From an uncultured Christensenellaceae bacterium (GTDB lineage Bacteria > Bacillota > Clostridia > Christensenellales > UMGS416), in contig CAZDZB010000003.1 of assembly GCA_964509795.1 (NCBI GenBank), forward strand, positions 1 to 32,847: a DNA stretch of 32,847 bases, given 5' to 3'. Of this stretch, positions 8,827 to 18,571 are shown piece by piece; the stretch's first letter is position 1, and each line of letters starts with the position of its first letter. The notes under the pieces are model-generated. The model made no database searches, was not told where the DNA came from, and worked only from the letters and a program-made list of their open reading frames with translations. A program made the position numbers and the translations under genes.

Positions 8827-9768
8827 GTGGTTTCAATTTATAAACACATCAACGGACAATTTTCCTTGCTTGAAGATTTTGAGAACGGTTCTTGGGTTAA
8901 TCTTGTGGCACCTACAAATGAGGAACTTAACTTAGTTTCGCAAAAAACAGGAGCAGACATAGATTTGCTTCATGCAGCCCTTGACGAAGAAGAACGTTCC
9001 AGAATTGAGCTGGAAGAAGAAATCAATCAAACAATTATGGTTGTTGACATTCCTCGTGTTGAAAAAGAAGGTACAGATACTTATGTTTATACGACATTGC
9101 CATTAGGAATTATTTTTGTCGGTGATTATATTATTACTGTATGCCTAATAAAAAGCTCGTTAATTGAAGACTTCATAAAAGGCAAAGTGAAAAAGTTTTA
9201 TACATATAAGCGTACCCGTTTTGTGCTTTTGCTGCTTTACAGAAATTCAGCCAGATATTTAAGATATCTGAGGCTGATTGACAAAGCCAGCGAAAGACTG
9301 AATGAAGAAGTACAGAGAAGTTACAGGAACAAAGAATTGTTTCAGATGATGGCTCTTGAAAAATCTTTAGTATACTTCGCAACATCTTTAAAGGGAAATG
9401 AAGCCGTACTTGAAAAACTTGTAAAAGTAAACTACGTGAAAAAATATCACGATGATGAAGAACTGCTGGATGATGTTATTGTGGAAAACAAACAGGCTAT
9501 CGAAATGTGTTCCATATACAGAGAAATATTATCCGGAATGATGGACGCATACGCTTCAATAATCTCAAATAACTTAAGTATAGTTATGAAATTTTTAGCA
9601 GCTGTTACCATCGTAATTTCCCTGCCGACATTGGTTACCAGCGCATGGGGAATGAATGTAAATCTGCCGTGGGAGAGCAATCCATATGGTTTTGTGATTG
9701 TTATGTCCATTGCACTTGCTGTAGGCATATTATCTGTAGTATGGCTGTGGCGCAAAAAAATGTTTTAA
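8827..9768 (+). CDS. corA: CorA family magnesium/cobalt transporter
   Basis: The 313-aa product has a cytoplasmic N-domain plus two C-terminal TM segments, with the signature AWGMNVNLPW (GMN motif). The start is GTG, 6 nt after GGAGG. Confidence 0.9.
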   Translation: MVSIYKHINGQFSLLEDFENGSWVNLVAPTNEELNLVSQKTGADIDLLHAALDEEERSRIELEEEINQTIMVVDIPRVEKEGTDTYVYTTLPLGIIFVGDYIITVCLIKSSLIEDFIKGKVKKFYTYKRTRFVLLLLYRNSARYLRYLRLIDKASERLNEEVQRSYRNKELFQMMALEKSLVYFATSLKGNEAVLEKLVKVNYVKKYHDDEELLDDVIVENKQAIEMCSIYREILSGMMDAYASIISNNLSIVMKFLAAVTIVISLPTLVTSAWGMNVNLPWESNPYGFVIVMSIALAVGILSVVWLWRKKMF

Positions 9769-9834
9769 TCTGCGCTTTTCCCGGGGAGGGAAAAGCCGTG
9801 GCAATATGAGGGTGCATATTGCCCCAGATTAATT

Positions 9835-9879
9835 AAGGCTCTGTTGTGATAAGGGAATTGTTACAACAGAGCCTTTTAT
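9835..9879 (+). terminator. intrinsic terminator after corA
   Basis: The 13-bp stem AAGGCTCTGTTGT / ACAACAGAGCCTT is extendable into the loop and is followed by TTTAT. Confidence 0.7.
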
Positions 9880-9900
9880 GTTATATATCTTTTTCGCAAG

Positions 9901-9929
9901 TTGAGATTATTTTAAAATTCGAGTATAAT
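9901..9929 (+). promoter_or_regulatory. sigma-A-type promoter for the 709-aa lipoprotein gene
   Basis: TTGAGA (9901-9906), a 17-nt spacer, then TATAAT (9924-9929). Confidence 0.5.
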
Positions 9930-10012
9930 AGTGAAGAAAATTAGTGAAAACAATAAAACATTCCCGTATATTATATTTAATTATAAATGTATGTAAGGAG
10001 ATATAAACTTTA

Positions 10013-12142
10013 ATGTTTAAATATATAAAAATAACTATACTTATAATAATACTGCTTATGGTTTTTTCGTCCTGCTCAAACAGTGCCTTTGTGAACGACA
10101 AAATCACCGACGTGTTAGCTCAGAATAATTCCAGTTATGACGCAGCCCAATGGCTTATATATAACAGTGACCTAGTGGCTCCCGTTCTCACAGACCTTCT
10201 CTCATCAGGGAATAAAAACAAAGTCGCTGAAACAAAAGAACTCTTAAGCCTTATGGGCAACGAAGGAATCAGAATAGTATTAAGTGACTTTGCCTCATTA
10301 AATGATTCAGGCAAGGCTGCAGTCGCTGATGTTTTGGCCGGACAAATGACCAAAGATGCCATTATGCAGCTTTTAGCCATGAGCTCCTTGGAAGGAGGCT
10401 TTGATGTCAGCGTCAGCGCCTTAATCCAAATGGGGGATATGGCAGATGACTTTTTAAAGACGCTTCTTTACCAGGATAAATATTATACCTGCGTCAATGC
10501 TGTGCTTGCCGGTAATTTAGAAATAGTGATACAGGATATTATTCCTTTGGTTAACAGCCAGAATTCATATATACAAAACAGGGCACTTGAAATAATTGCA
10601 GTATCAAGCAGTGATATTGTCGCGCCTTTTGTGGAAACCGTTTTATCTGATGGTACATTAACAAACGAAAAAGCTGTAAAGATATCGACAGTTGCTTTAT
10701 TCAACAACAAAGACACCGCCATAGATGAAATAATAAAGATAGTGGCCCTTGGAGATACAGACCCCGTTACTTCAGCCACAATGTTATACGAGCTTACAGG
10801 CGGCGAGAACCTTGGCCCCATTTTTGAAAAATGCGCTACTAGTTCAAACGCCGTCAATACTAACGATATGCTCAAGGAACTGGTTAACCAGGCAGGAGTT
10901 TCGGGAATCATTCAAACGGCTTTAACCAGCGATTCAAATGAGATAATCACTTCCATTTCCTTTGCTTTATCTTCATATGACAAGGCAACTGACGCTTTCG
11001 TCGAGATTTTAAATTCCGTAAATGTCAGCGATGACATTAACTCCGCGATATATGATTTGGCAGAACGGCTGATATACGACCCCATACTCAGCAAAACAGC
11101 CCAGGCAATAATTTCATTTGATGCCGCAGCTTTAAACGAAACGTTAAACCTGGAAGGGGCCAATCCCAAAACAATCGGCGATGCTCTTTCGCAGACTTCA
11201 GATAATTTAACAATCTCCGAAAGGCTTGATGTTATGCTTGATAATATGGACGTTCTAAGTGCCAAAAGCCTAATGATAGTTTTAGCCTACGGTCAAGATG
11301 CAGTCTTTCCTAAGCTCGTCTGGGACAGATACATAGGGGATGACGATACTCTGTCAAAAAGCGCTATGGACGTAATTTTGGAGGCAACTTCTGTGGGCAT
11401 TAAGTTCCAGTATACGGACATGGACTTCCTTCCCTACGCTCAAAAACTCGTACAGGATTTGAATTCATCTAATTCTGACATTAAAAACACCGCCATACAA
11501 ATACTAAATAAAATCCCAGAAGGTGTTGAGCACCATGATTTTTATGAGCAGGTATATGCAGGATACAAGGATTTATCTGTGTTTACTATACTTTGCTGGC
11601 ACTATGTAGGGGAGGGCGCAAAAAAACTAAACCTGCAGATTGAGGGAACCTCCAATGTTATAAGTGAAATATCCTACGAAATGAAAAGCATAAAGGTAAC
11701 CGGAATTGACAAGGATGATTTCATCGATTATGAAGGAATGGTAATTCAAAGCCTTAATATACTCGGACTTAAAATAGTGGATAATGCCAATACTAAACTC
11801 GTTATCTCTATTAATGAAGTTCCTTTGTACAAGCACTATTACGGCTTGGTCGGAAACAGCTATCTGGGCGCAAAATGCACGACAACAATTGAAATATATA
11901 TAGGCGGAGAAAAAGTTAACACCGTGTCAGGTTATTTTGAAATACTCCCCCCTTCTTCCAATCCTGTGGGCACCAATATTTCAGAATACTATCCTGACCC
12001 CACTGACGCACCGCTTGAGACGCCTTTCATCACAAGCTATGTAGAAGCCATATACAAAACTTTCGGGGAAAATGTTTTGTATGGCACATATCAATATAAC
12101 CGTCAGGCAACTCTTGAAGTCGGAGCCGCACTATGGCAATAA
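10013..12142 (+). CDS. hypothetical lipoprotein with HEAT/armadillo-like N-terminal repeats
   Basis: The 709-aa ORF begins with a signal peptide and lipobox (LLMVFSSC). The N-terminal two thirds is a helical repeat-like sequence (e.g. NKVAETKELLSLMGNEGIRIVLSDFASLNDSGKAAVADVLAG). I do not recognise a domain in the roughly 170-aa C-terminal region. Confidence 0.55.
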   Translation: MFKYIKITILIIILLMVFSSCSNSAFVNDKITDVLAQNNSSYDAAQWLIYNSDLVAPVLTDLLSSGNKNKVAETKELLSLMGNEGIRIVLSDFASLNDSGKAAVADVLAGQMTKDAIMQLLAMSSLEGGFDVSVSALIQMGDMADDFLKTLLYQDKYYTCVNAVLAGNLEIVIQDIIPLVNSQNSYIQNRALEIIAVSSSDIVAPFVETVLSDGTLTNEKAVKISTVALFNNKDTAIDEIIKIVALGDTDPVTSATMLYELTGGENLGPIFEKCATSSNAVNTNDMLKELVNQAGVSGIIQTALTSDSNEIITSISFALSSYDKATDAFVEILNSVNVSDDINSAIYDLAERLIYDPILSKTAQAIISFDAAALNETLNLEGANPKTIGDALSQTSDNLTISERLDVMLDNMDVLSAKSLMIVLAYGQDAVFPKLVWDRYIGDDDTLSKSAMDVILEATSVGIKFQYTDMDFLPYAQKLVQDLNSSNSDIKNTAIQILNKIPEGVEHHDFYEQVYAGYKDLSVFTILCWHYVGEGAKKLNLQIEGTSNVISEISYEMKSIKVTGIDKDDFIDYEGMVIQSLNILGLKIVDNANTKLVISINEVPLYKHYYGLVGNSYLGAKCTTTIEIYIGGEKVNTVSGYFEILPPSSNPVGTNISEYYPDPTDAPLETPFITSYVEAIYKTFGENVLYGTYQYNRQATLEVGAALWQ

Positions 12143-12265
12143 AAACAGAATTCCGGCTGTTTCTGGTTATTCTTTATTACGAATTGTAAACAGCCTTTTA
12201 CTATGCTTTGACACAGCAGGCTAATAATGCAATAATATAATAACTTCTTGCAGGTAACCAAATTT

Positions 12266-13387
12266 ATGAAACTAAAACCATTTGAACTGGAAAAATACTT
12301 CAGCAAATATGAATTCAGTGCAAAACATCTTTTGAGCTGCTCTGACTGCGAATCATACGAAATGAGTGCTTTACTGCAGGGCGCGGACACCCAGGCGCTA
12401 AGCCTATGGAATAATTTAAGCCTTTCATACACACCGTCTCAGGGCAGTCCAATGCTTCTTAATGAAATATCCACAATATATCAAAATATAATTCCTTCTG
12501 ACATACTGCATGTTATTCCGGAGGAAGGTATATATATAGCCATGAGGACTTTGGTTTCTCAAGGAGACGAGGTTATCATCATGCATCCATGCTATCAGTC
12601 ACTGGAGGAGGTGGCCTTATCCCAGGGAGCCAAAGTGCTGCATTGGAATGCAGTGTATGACAATAGCTGGAGTTTCAACACTGCTGCTTTAGATGAAATG
12701 TGCAGCAAAAACACTCATATGATTGTAATAAATACGCCTCATAATCCTACAGGATTCAGTTTTACTAAATCAGAATTTGCCGAAATAATAAAAATCGCAA
12801 AGAAAAATAACTGCATTCTATTCAGCGATGAAATGTACAGGTTTTTGGAATTTGATTCAAATAACAGGCTTCCCAGCGCATGTGAAGTGTATGAAGACGC
12901 TGTGGTTTTATGCGGGCTTTCCAAATCCTTTGCAATGCCGGGGCTAAGGCTGGGATGGCTGATAACTAAAAACATCAGCTTTTTTAATGAATTTAAAAAT
13001 TATAAGGATTACACAACCATCTGTCCAACCGCACCTTCCCAAGTGCTCGGCGTAATGGCATTGCGGCAGAAAGGAAAAATTCTAAACAGAAACCTGGAGA
13101 TAATTTATAAAAACCTGGTAAGGCTTGATGAATTTGCCGCCAAATACAAAAGCTTAGTAAGTTATAACAGGCCCACAGGCGGCTCAATATGTATGCCGGT
13201 TCTAGACAAATCAATAAGCGCAGACGCATTGGCTCAACAATTGATTATTGAAAAAAGCCTAATGATACTGCCCGCGTCAGTTTATCATATTAAAACAAAT
13301 GCGTTTCGCTTGGGATTCGGAAGAAAAGACTTCATTGAATCACTGGATATTCTTGATTCTTTTTTAGAACAATATTTTATTAAATAA
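12266..13387 (+). CDS. class I/II PLP-dependent aminotransferase
   Basis: The N-terminus MKLKPFELEKYFSKYEFSAKHLLSCSDCES is typical of the family, along with NTPHNPTG and the PLP-lysine motif LSKSFAMPGLRLGW. I prefer the ATG at 12266 over the TTG at 12248 used by the track. Neither start has an obvious SD. Confidence 0.8.
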   Translation: MKLKPFELEKYFSKYEFSAKHLLSCSDCESYEMSALLQGADTQALSLWNNLSLSYTPSQGSPMLLNEISTIYQNIIPSDILHVIPEEGIYIAMRTLVSQGDEVIIMHPCYQSLEEVALSQGAKVLHWNAVYDNSWSFNTAALDEMCSKNTHMIVINTPHNPTGFSFTKSEFAEIIKIAKKNNCILFSDEMYRFLEFDSNNRLPSACEVYEDAVVLCGLSKSFAMPGLRLGWLITKNISFFNEFKNYKDYTTICPTAPSQVLGVMALRQKGKILNRNLEIIYKNLVRLDEFAAKYKSLVSYNRPTGGSICMPVLDKSISADALAQQLIIEKSLMILPASVYHIKTNAFRLGFGRKDFIESLDILDSFLEQYFIK

Positions 13388-13399
13388 CAGAGGTATAAA

Positions 13400-14314
13400 A
13401 TGCTCACCGTATTCAACCAAATACTCACTTTAATGGTCATAATCATCATAGGAATTATATTGGCAAAGCTTTCAATACTTGACCACGAAACCAGAAGAAA
13501 GATGTCTTCAATGCTGGTTTATGTTGTAGCGCCGTTATACGTAATAGTTTCTTTCCAAATTGATTTTACTGCTGAAATTCTTAAAACAATGGGTATAATC
13601 GCAATTTTTGCCCTTATAATAATACCTTTAGGTTTAATTGCCGGAAAACTCCTCTGGAGAAATCAGGAAAAGGAAAAATCACAAATCCTTAACCATGCTA
13701 GTGCTTTTATGAACTGCGGTTTTATGGGCTACCCTTTGCTTTATGCTCTTTTCGGCTCCATCGGCGTTCTTTATGCTTCTGTATTCGTTATGATCTTTCA
13801 TTTGTTTCTATGGACTTTTGGCGTAATGATATTTTCAGAAAAACCAAAAAAGTGGTACGAACCCCTGTTGAAGCCCGGTATAATAAGTGTGGTAATCGGA
13901 ATAATTTTGTTCGTATTAAAAATCGAACTCCCCTATTTTTTGTTTAACGCATTCAGCATGGTAGGAAAAATGACTCCTCCTATTGCAATGCTTATAATTG
14001 GCGCATTTTTGTCAGAGGTAAATATTATTCACTCACTTAAAGATTTCCCAACTTATGTTGTTGCCTTTTTCAGGCTTATATTTGCCCCTGCTGTTTCTCT
14101 TATTCTGCTGCTGTTAATGGGTTTCACTCCTGATGACGGCATATTCTTCACATGCATTGTCATTTTATCCGGCATGCCCACTGCAACTAACAATGTACTT
14201 TTCGCCACAAATTATGATACTAACCCGAAATATTCCGCGTCTGTTGTGGCAATTTCTACCATACTATCTGGCATTACTGTACCACTATGGCTTTATGTTA
14301 TAAGTTTGCTTTAG
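13400..14314 (+). CDS. AEC (auxin efflux carrier) family transporter
   Basis: The 304-aa product is a roughly 10-TM protein with an N-terminus and layout typical of the membrane transport family PF03547. It starts 12 nt after the aminotransferase gene. Confidence 0.75.
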   Translation: MLTVFNQILTLMVIIIIGIILAKLSILDHETRRKMSSMLVYVVAPLYVIVSFQIDFTAEILKTMGIIAIFALIIIPLGLIAGKLLWRNQEKEKSQILNHASAFMNCGFMGYPLLYALFGSIGVLYASVFVMIFHLFLWTFGVMIFSEKPKKWYEPLLKPGIISVVIGIILFVLKIELPYFLFNAFSMVGKMTPPIAMLIIGAFLSEVNIIHSLKDFPTYVVAFFRLIFAPAVSLILLLLMGFTPDDGIFFTCIVILSGMPTATNNVLFATNYDTNPKYSASVVAISTILSGITVPLWLYVISLL

Positions 14315-14386
14315 AAGGCTTTAACATAATATTTAAACCTATTACTTATTGTAATAAGCAATAGCAGCAAAAATACTCTATTTATA

Positions 14387-14415
14387 TTGACATTACGACT
14401 ACATCAAAGTATAAT
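14387..14415 (+). promoter_or_regulatory. sigma-A consensus promoter for rpsU
   Basis: TTGACA (14387-14392), a 17-nt spacer, then TATAAT (14410-14415). Confidence 0.65.
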
Positions 14416-14482
14416 CTTAGTTGTGTCTGTGAGAACATGTCCTTACGGATGCAAATTCCCAATAGGGAAGGGAGGGTTGGAC

Positions 14483-14659
14483 ATGTCTGAAATTAAAGTC
14501 GGAGAAAATGAATCTCTGGAAAGCGCGCTCAAACGTTTCAAACGCAAGTGTGCACGTTCCGGCGTAATGGCGGAAGTTCGCAAACGCGAACATTACGAAA
14601 AGCCTAGTGTGCGTCGTAAAAAGAAGGCAGAAGCTGCTAGACGAAAAAACAAGCGCTAG
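14483..14659 (+). CDS. rpsU: 30S ribosomal protein S21
   Basis: The product is [48 protein letters not shown]..., 58 aa, with a GGGAGGG SD. The 32-codon N-terminal extension in the track ORF is an ORF-calling artefact. Confidence 0.95.
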   Translation: MSEIKVGENESLESALKRFKRKCARSGVMAEVRKREHYEKPSVRRKKKAEAARRKNKR

Positions 14660-14678
14660 TCAATTTTTGTAGCAATGT

Positions 14679-14711
14679 AAAAAAGCCTGATAAAATTATC
14701 AGACTTTTTTT
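14679..14711. terminator. bidirectional intrinsic terminator (rpsU / S41 peptidase)
   Basis: An A-run, the stem GCCTGATA / TATCAGAC (7 of 8 bp), then T7. It sits between two convergent genes. Confidence 0.65.
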
Positions 14712-14729
14712 ATTGCCTTTTTTTGTTTT

Positions 14730-15959
14730 TTAATCTAAGTCAGCAATCTGTTCGCGAATTATTTCCAAAGCCTTCTGCATCTGGTTGTCAGCTTCTGTTG
14801 TCAAAAGCGTAGGATCGTTCTGCACTTCTTCATTGAGAACTACTTCATAATCCGGAGTTATTCCCACGCCTTGCGGGCAATTGCCTGAAGCTGTTTCGTA
14901 ATAGCTGGATGTTATTCTAAGAACTCCGCCGTCATGCAGGAAATAGAACCCCTGGGCCACGCCCTTTCCGAAAGTAGTTTCACCGACCAGAACACCTACA
15001 CCGTAATCTTGTACGCAGCCAGATATAAGTTCACTGGCACTTGCGGACGAGCCGTTCACTAGCACAACTAAGGGCTTGTTAAGGTAGTTTGCGTCGCTTC
15101 TGTCAACTGTTTCATTTCCTTCATTATCAATTAAGGTGATTATGTCGCCTTTAGGGAAAAGAGTGTCGCCGATGTCAACCGCGATATCTTTGCTTCCGCC
15201 AGGATTATAACGCAGGTCTAAGATGTATCCTTTTGCGCCTGCAGCTTCCAATTCGTCCAAAGCCCTGTGGAAAAGCTCGCTGGCATTTCCTGAAAACTCT
15301 TGGATTTTTATGTAACCTATGCCGTCCTCGGCCATAAACCACTCTGCCTGCTCTGCAATTATTTTTGCCCTTATCATGGTGAAATCAATAGTTTCCCCGT
15401 CTCTTTGGAATGTAACTGTTACCTCGGTTCCTTCCTCGCCTTTTACCATGTCCACTACTTCAAGATAGTCCATTCCAATGGTGTTTATGCCGTCAACCCC
15501 AATCAAAATATCCCCCGGGAGTATTCCTGCCTGCTCTGCGGGAGAGCCTTCATAAACCTGGGCTACGGAGATATTGCTGCTGTCGCCTATATTAATAAGG
15601 ATTCCGATGCCTACATACTCTCCGTTGTCTTCCATCAGGAATTCTTCGTATTCTTTTTCCGTGAAATATGCGCCGTATGTGTCACCTGTGCCGTATACCA
15701 TGCCTTTTGCCGCAAATTCAATTAACGTATCTTTGTCAACATCTTCTATATAATATTCTGTATATTTATTATAAATCTCTTCTAAAATAGCGTAATCACC
15801 GGAATCGTAACTTTCCGATATACTAGTTTCGCCTGCTATTTTACTGCCGCCAAGCACCATGTAAAGCAGTGCGCCTGATATAATAACTCCGGCAAAAAAC
15901 ATTAAAATCAAAGGGAAGACAAAGCCCTTTACACTCATTTGTATTGTCTTTTTTTCCAT
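14730..15959 (-). CDS. S41 family C-terminal processing peptidase (Ctp-like)
   Basis: The product has an N-terminal TM anchor, a PDZ region (GSPAEQAGILPGDILIGVDG), and the motifs DLRYNPGGS and LVNGSSASASE. I trimmed the start to the ATG at 15959, which is preceded by AGGAGG. Confidence 0.9.
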   Translation of the reverse strand: MEKKTIQMSVKGFVFPLILMFFAGVIISGALLYMVLGGSKIAGETSISESYDSGDYAILEEIYNKYTEYYIEDVDKDTLIEFAAKGMVYGTGDTYGAYFTEKEYEEFLMEDNGEYVGIGILINIGDSSNISVAQVYEGSPAEQAGILPGDILIGVDGINTIGMDYLEVVDMVKGEEGTEVTVTFQRDGETIDFTMIRAKIIAEQAEWFMAEDGIGYIKIQEFSGNASELFHRALDELEAAGAKGYILDLRYNPGGSKDIAVDIGDTLFPKGDIITLIDNEGNETVDRSDANYLNKPLVVLVNGSSASASELISGCVQDYGVGVLVGETTFGKGVAQGFYFLHDGGVLRITSSYYETASGNCPQGVGITPDYEVVLNEEVQNDPTLLTTEADNQMQKALEIIREQIADLD

Positions 15960-16201
15960 TATAACCTCCTGTGCCTTCTTGTAGGCACTTTTATTATTAT
16001 ACATCTTTTATGTGTATTTTTAAATACAATTTAGTAAATAAAATGCTCTGCGTGCTCATAGGTAATAATGATAAGCGCAAGTAATCATCTGTAAAATAAA
16101 AATTTTCAAAACAGAAAACATATTTTTGCTTATATAATGGGAATTTTTATTAATATATGATATAATAATTTGCTGTAGAATAATTATTAGGAGAGATTAC
16201 T

Positions 16202-16837
16202 ATGCCAATTAAGTGCGATTACAAATCAGCAGAAAACGTTTTTTGCATATCAGCACCAAGAGGGCTGGACATACTGCCCGGCCGTATGTTAAGAAAGATT
16301 ATAGAAAATCTAAGTTCAAAATATGAAGTATGCGAGTTTTCTTTCGCCAAAGGAAGGCGAGAGGCAGAAGAAAAAGAGGACGTAATAACTGATGTGTACC
16401 TTGACGCATCAAGAAGCTCATATCTTCTAGGTACACAGCCCATTGTAGTTTTCCAGACCGTGCACCCAAGCCTTTTGGACCCTCAGTTTATTCAGCTTAC
16501 TCCTGATGAAATTATGGAGTTTAAAGGTAAATTAACAGACATCGGCTTAGACGAAGAATACAATACAAATGATTTTTCGGTGGCAATGCCCAGCGATTAT
16601 TTCCTGGTAGTCACAGAAAACGCTAAAAAACTCGCAAGGGTTCTTGAGCATCTGCGGCTGGCAACTTTTCAGGACTTCCGAAATACTCTAAGCAGGCTGG
16701 CTCCGGCAATGATATCCATATATGATGAAGCAGACATGTTTGTAACTTATACGGATATGACTATTCCTGCTCTTTTAACAGACGGCATTGAAGAATGGCT
16801 GCTGCCTCTTCAAAAAGTAAATCACCTGGACTTTTAA
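16202..16837 (+). CDS. hypothetical cytoplasmic protein
   Basis: The 211-aa acidic ORF has a good SD (AGGAGA) and ends 25 nt before fhs. I recognise no domain in it. Confidence 0.5.
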   Translation: MPIKCDYKSAENVFCISAPRGLDILPGRMLRKIIENLSSKYEVCEFSFAKGRREAEEKEDVITDVYLDASRSSYLLGTQPIVVFQTVHPSLLDPQFIQLTPDEIMEFKGKLTDIGLDEEYNTNDFSVAMPSDYFLVVTENAKKLARVLEHLRLATFQDFRNTLSRLAPAMISIYDEADMFVTYTDMTIPALLTDGIEEWLLPLQKVNHLDF

Positions 16838-16862
16838 TCTCAACTTAAAAAGGATATACAAA

Positions 16863-18536
16863 ATGTTCAAATCAGATATGGAAATCGCAAGAGATGCAAA
16901 AAAGAAATATATTTCCGAAATAGCCGAAAACTGCGGCTTAAAAAAAGACGACTATATACCATATGGGCATTACAAGGCAAAAATTTCTTTGTCAGCTGAG
17001 GCTTTAAATAAAGAACCTGATGGTAAATTAGTGTTGGTTACAGCAATCAACCCCACGCCTGCGGGCGAAGGCAAAACTACCACATCAGTCGGGCTGGCAG
17101 ACGGGCTGAGAAAACTGGGTTTTAACGCCGCGGTTGCTTTAAGAGAACCATCCTTAGGGCCGGTATTTGGCATGAAGGGAGGCGCCGCAGGAGGAGGATA
17201 TTCTCAGGTGGTTCCAATGGAGGATTTAAACCTTCACTTCACAGGCGATATGCACGCCATAACAGCCGCAAACAACCTATTGTCCGCCTTGTTGGATAAT
17301 CATATATATCATGGTAACGAATTAAAAATTGACTTGGAACGCATCACGTGGAAAAGATGCATAGACATGAACGACCGACAGCTGAGGCAGATTGAATGCG
17401 GTCTCGGAAAAAACAGTGGAGTACCCAGAAAAGACGGGTTTGATATAACAGCAGCTTCTGAAGTAATGGCAGCATTTTGTTTGGCTTCTTCTATTGAAGA
17501 TTTGAAAGAAAGATTGGGCAACATAATAGTTGCTTATGACACTGATTCTAATCCTGTATTTGCTCACCAGCTCAATGCCCACGGCGCGATGACAGCACTG
17601 CTGAAAGACGCTTTTAACCCCAATCTTGTCCAAACTATGGAAAATACTCCTGCTTTAGTTCATGGAGGGCCCTTTGCCAACATAGCCCATGGCTGCAATT
17701 CGATAATTGCAACAACAAGCGCATTGAAACTTTTTGATATAGTTGTTACTGAGGCAGGTTTTGGCGCTGATTTGGGCGCTGAAAAATTTATTGATATAAA
17801 ATGCAGAACTGCCAGCATTTATCCGGACGCAATTGTAATTGTGGCCACTGTACGCGCTCTTAAGTACCACGGTGGAGTAGCAAAAGAAGAATTGAAGCAG
17901 GAAAATACTTCTGCAGTTTCAAAAGGCCTCGTAAACCTTGAAACCCACATAGATAACCTGCAGCAGCATTTTAAGGCAAATGTTGTGGTGGCTATTAATA
18001 AATTTGCCGCCGATACTGAAGACGAAATAAAACCGATTATAGAATTGTGCTCAAAAATGAACGTTGAAGTTTCGCTATCAGAAGGCTGGGAAAAAGGCGG
18101 CGAAGGCACAACAGACTTAGCACAGAAAGTCATGAATGCCGTCAGCAATGCACCTGCAGGTGAACCAAAATATTTATATGATTCATCAGAAATGTCTATC
18201 AGCGAAAAAATTGAAGCACTGGCAGGATACTACGGAGCGGACGGAGTGACCTACTCAGACAAAGCGCTAGAATCAATTAATACAATTGAACGGATTGGCA
18301 AATCCAATCTTCCTGTATGCGTAGCCAAAACCCAATACTCGCTTTCCGATAACCCTAAGCTGTTAGGCAGCCCGAAAGGGTTTAAAATAAATGTCAGGGA
18401 CGTAAAGCTAAGCAATGGCGCCGGCTTTGTAGTGGCCCTTTGCGGAAAAATATTAAGAATGCCGGGCCTGCCTTCGGTACCGAGTGCAAATAGCATTGAC
18501 GTGGACAAAGAAGGAAATATTATTGGTTTGTTCTGA
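16863..18536 (+). CDS. fhs: formate--tetrahydrofolate ligase
   Basis: The 557-aa product matches along its full length (INPTPAGEGKTTTSVGL, PALVHGGPFANIAHG, PVCVAKTQYSLSD). Confidence 0.95.
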   Translation: MFKSDMEIARDAKKKYISEIAENCGLKKDDYIPYGHYKAKISLSAEALNKEPDGKLVLVTAINPTPAGEGKTTTSVGLADGLRKLGFNAAVALREPSLGPVFGMKGGAAGGGYSQVVPMEDLNLHFTGDMHAITAANNLLSALLDNHIYHGNELKIDLERITWKRCIDMNDRQLRQIECGLGKNSGVPRKDGFDITAASEVMAAFCLASSIEDLKERLGNIIVAYDTDSNPVFAHQLNAHGAMTALLKDAFNPNLVQTMENTPALVHGGPFANIAHGCNSIIATTSALKLFDIVVTEAGFGADLGAEKFIDIKCRTASIYPDAIVIVATVRALKYHGGVAKEELKQENTSAVSKGLVNLETHIDNLQQHFKANVVVAINKFAADTEDEIKPIIELCSKMNVEVSLSEGWEKGGEGTTDLAQKVMNAVSNAPAGEPKYLYDSSEMSISEKIEALAGYYGADGVTYSDKALESINTIERIGKSNLPVCVAKTQYSLSDNPKLLGSPKGFKINVRDVKLSNGAGFVVALCGKILRMPGLPSVPSANSIDVDKEGNIIGLF

Positions 18537-18571
18537 TAAATGGCAATGCTTTTTCCCGCCAGAAATATAAG

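Noticed and set aside
14339-14364. AT-rich hairpin CTATTACTTATT-gt-AATAAGCAATAG after the AEC transporter gene.
   Set aside because: It is probably a weak terminator or stabiliser for the aminotransferase-AEC transcript. It has no U-tail and is entirely A/T-rich, so I did not call it as a feature.
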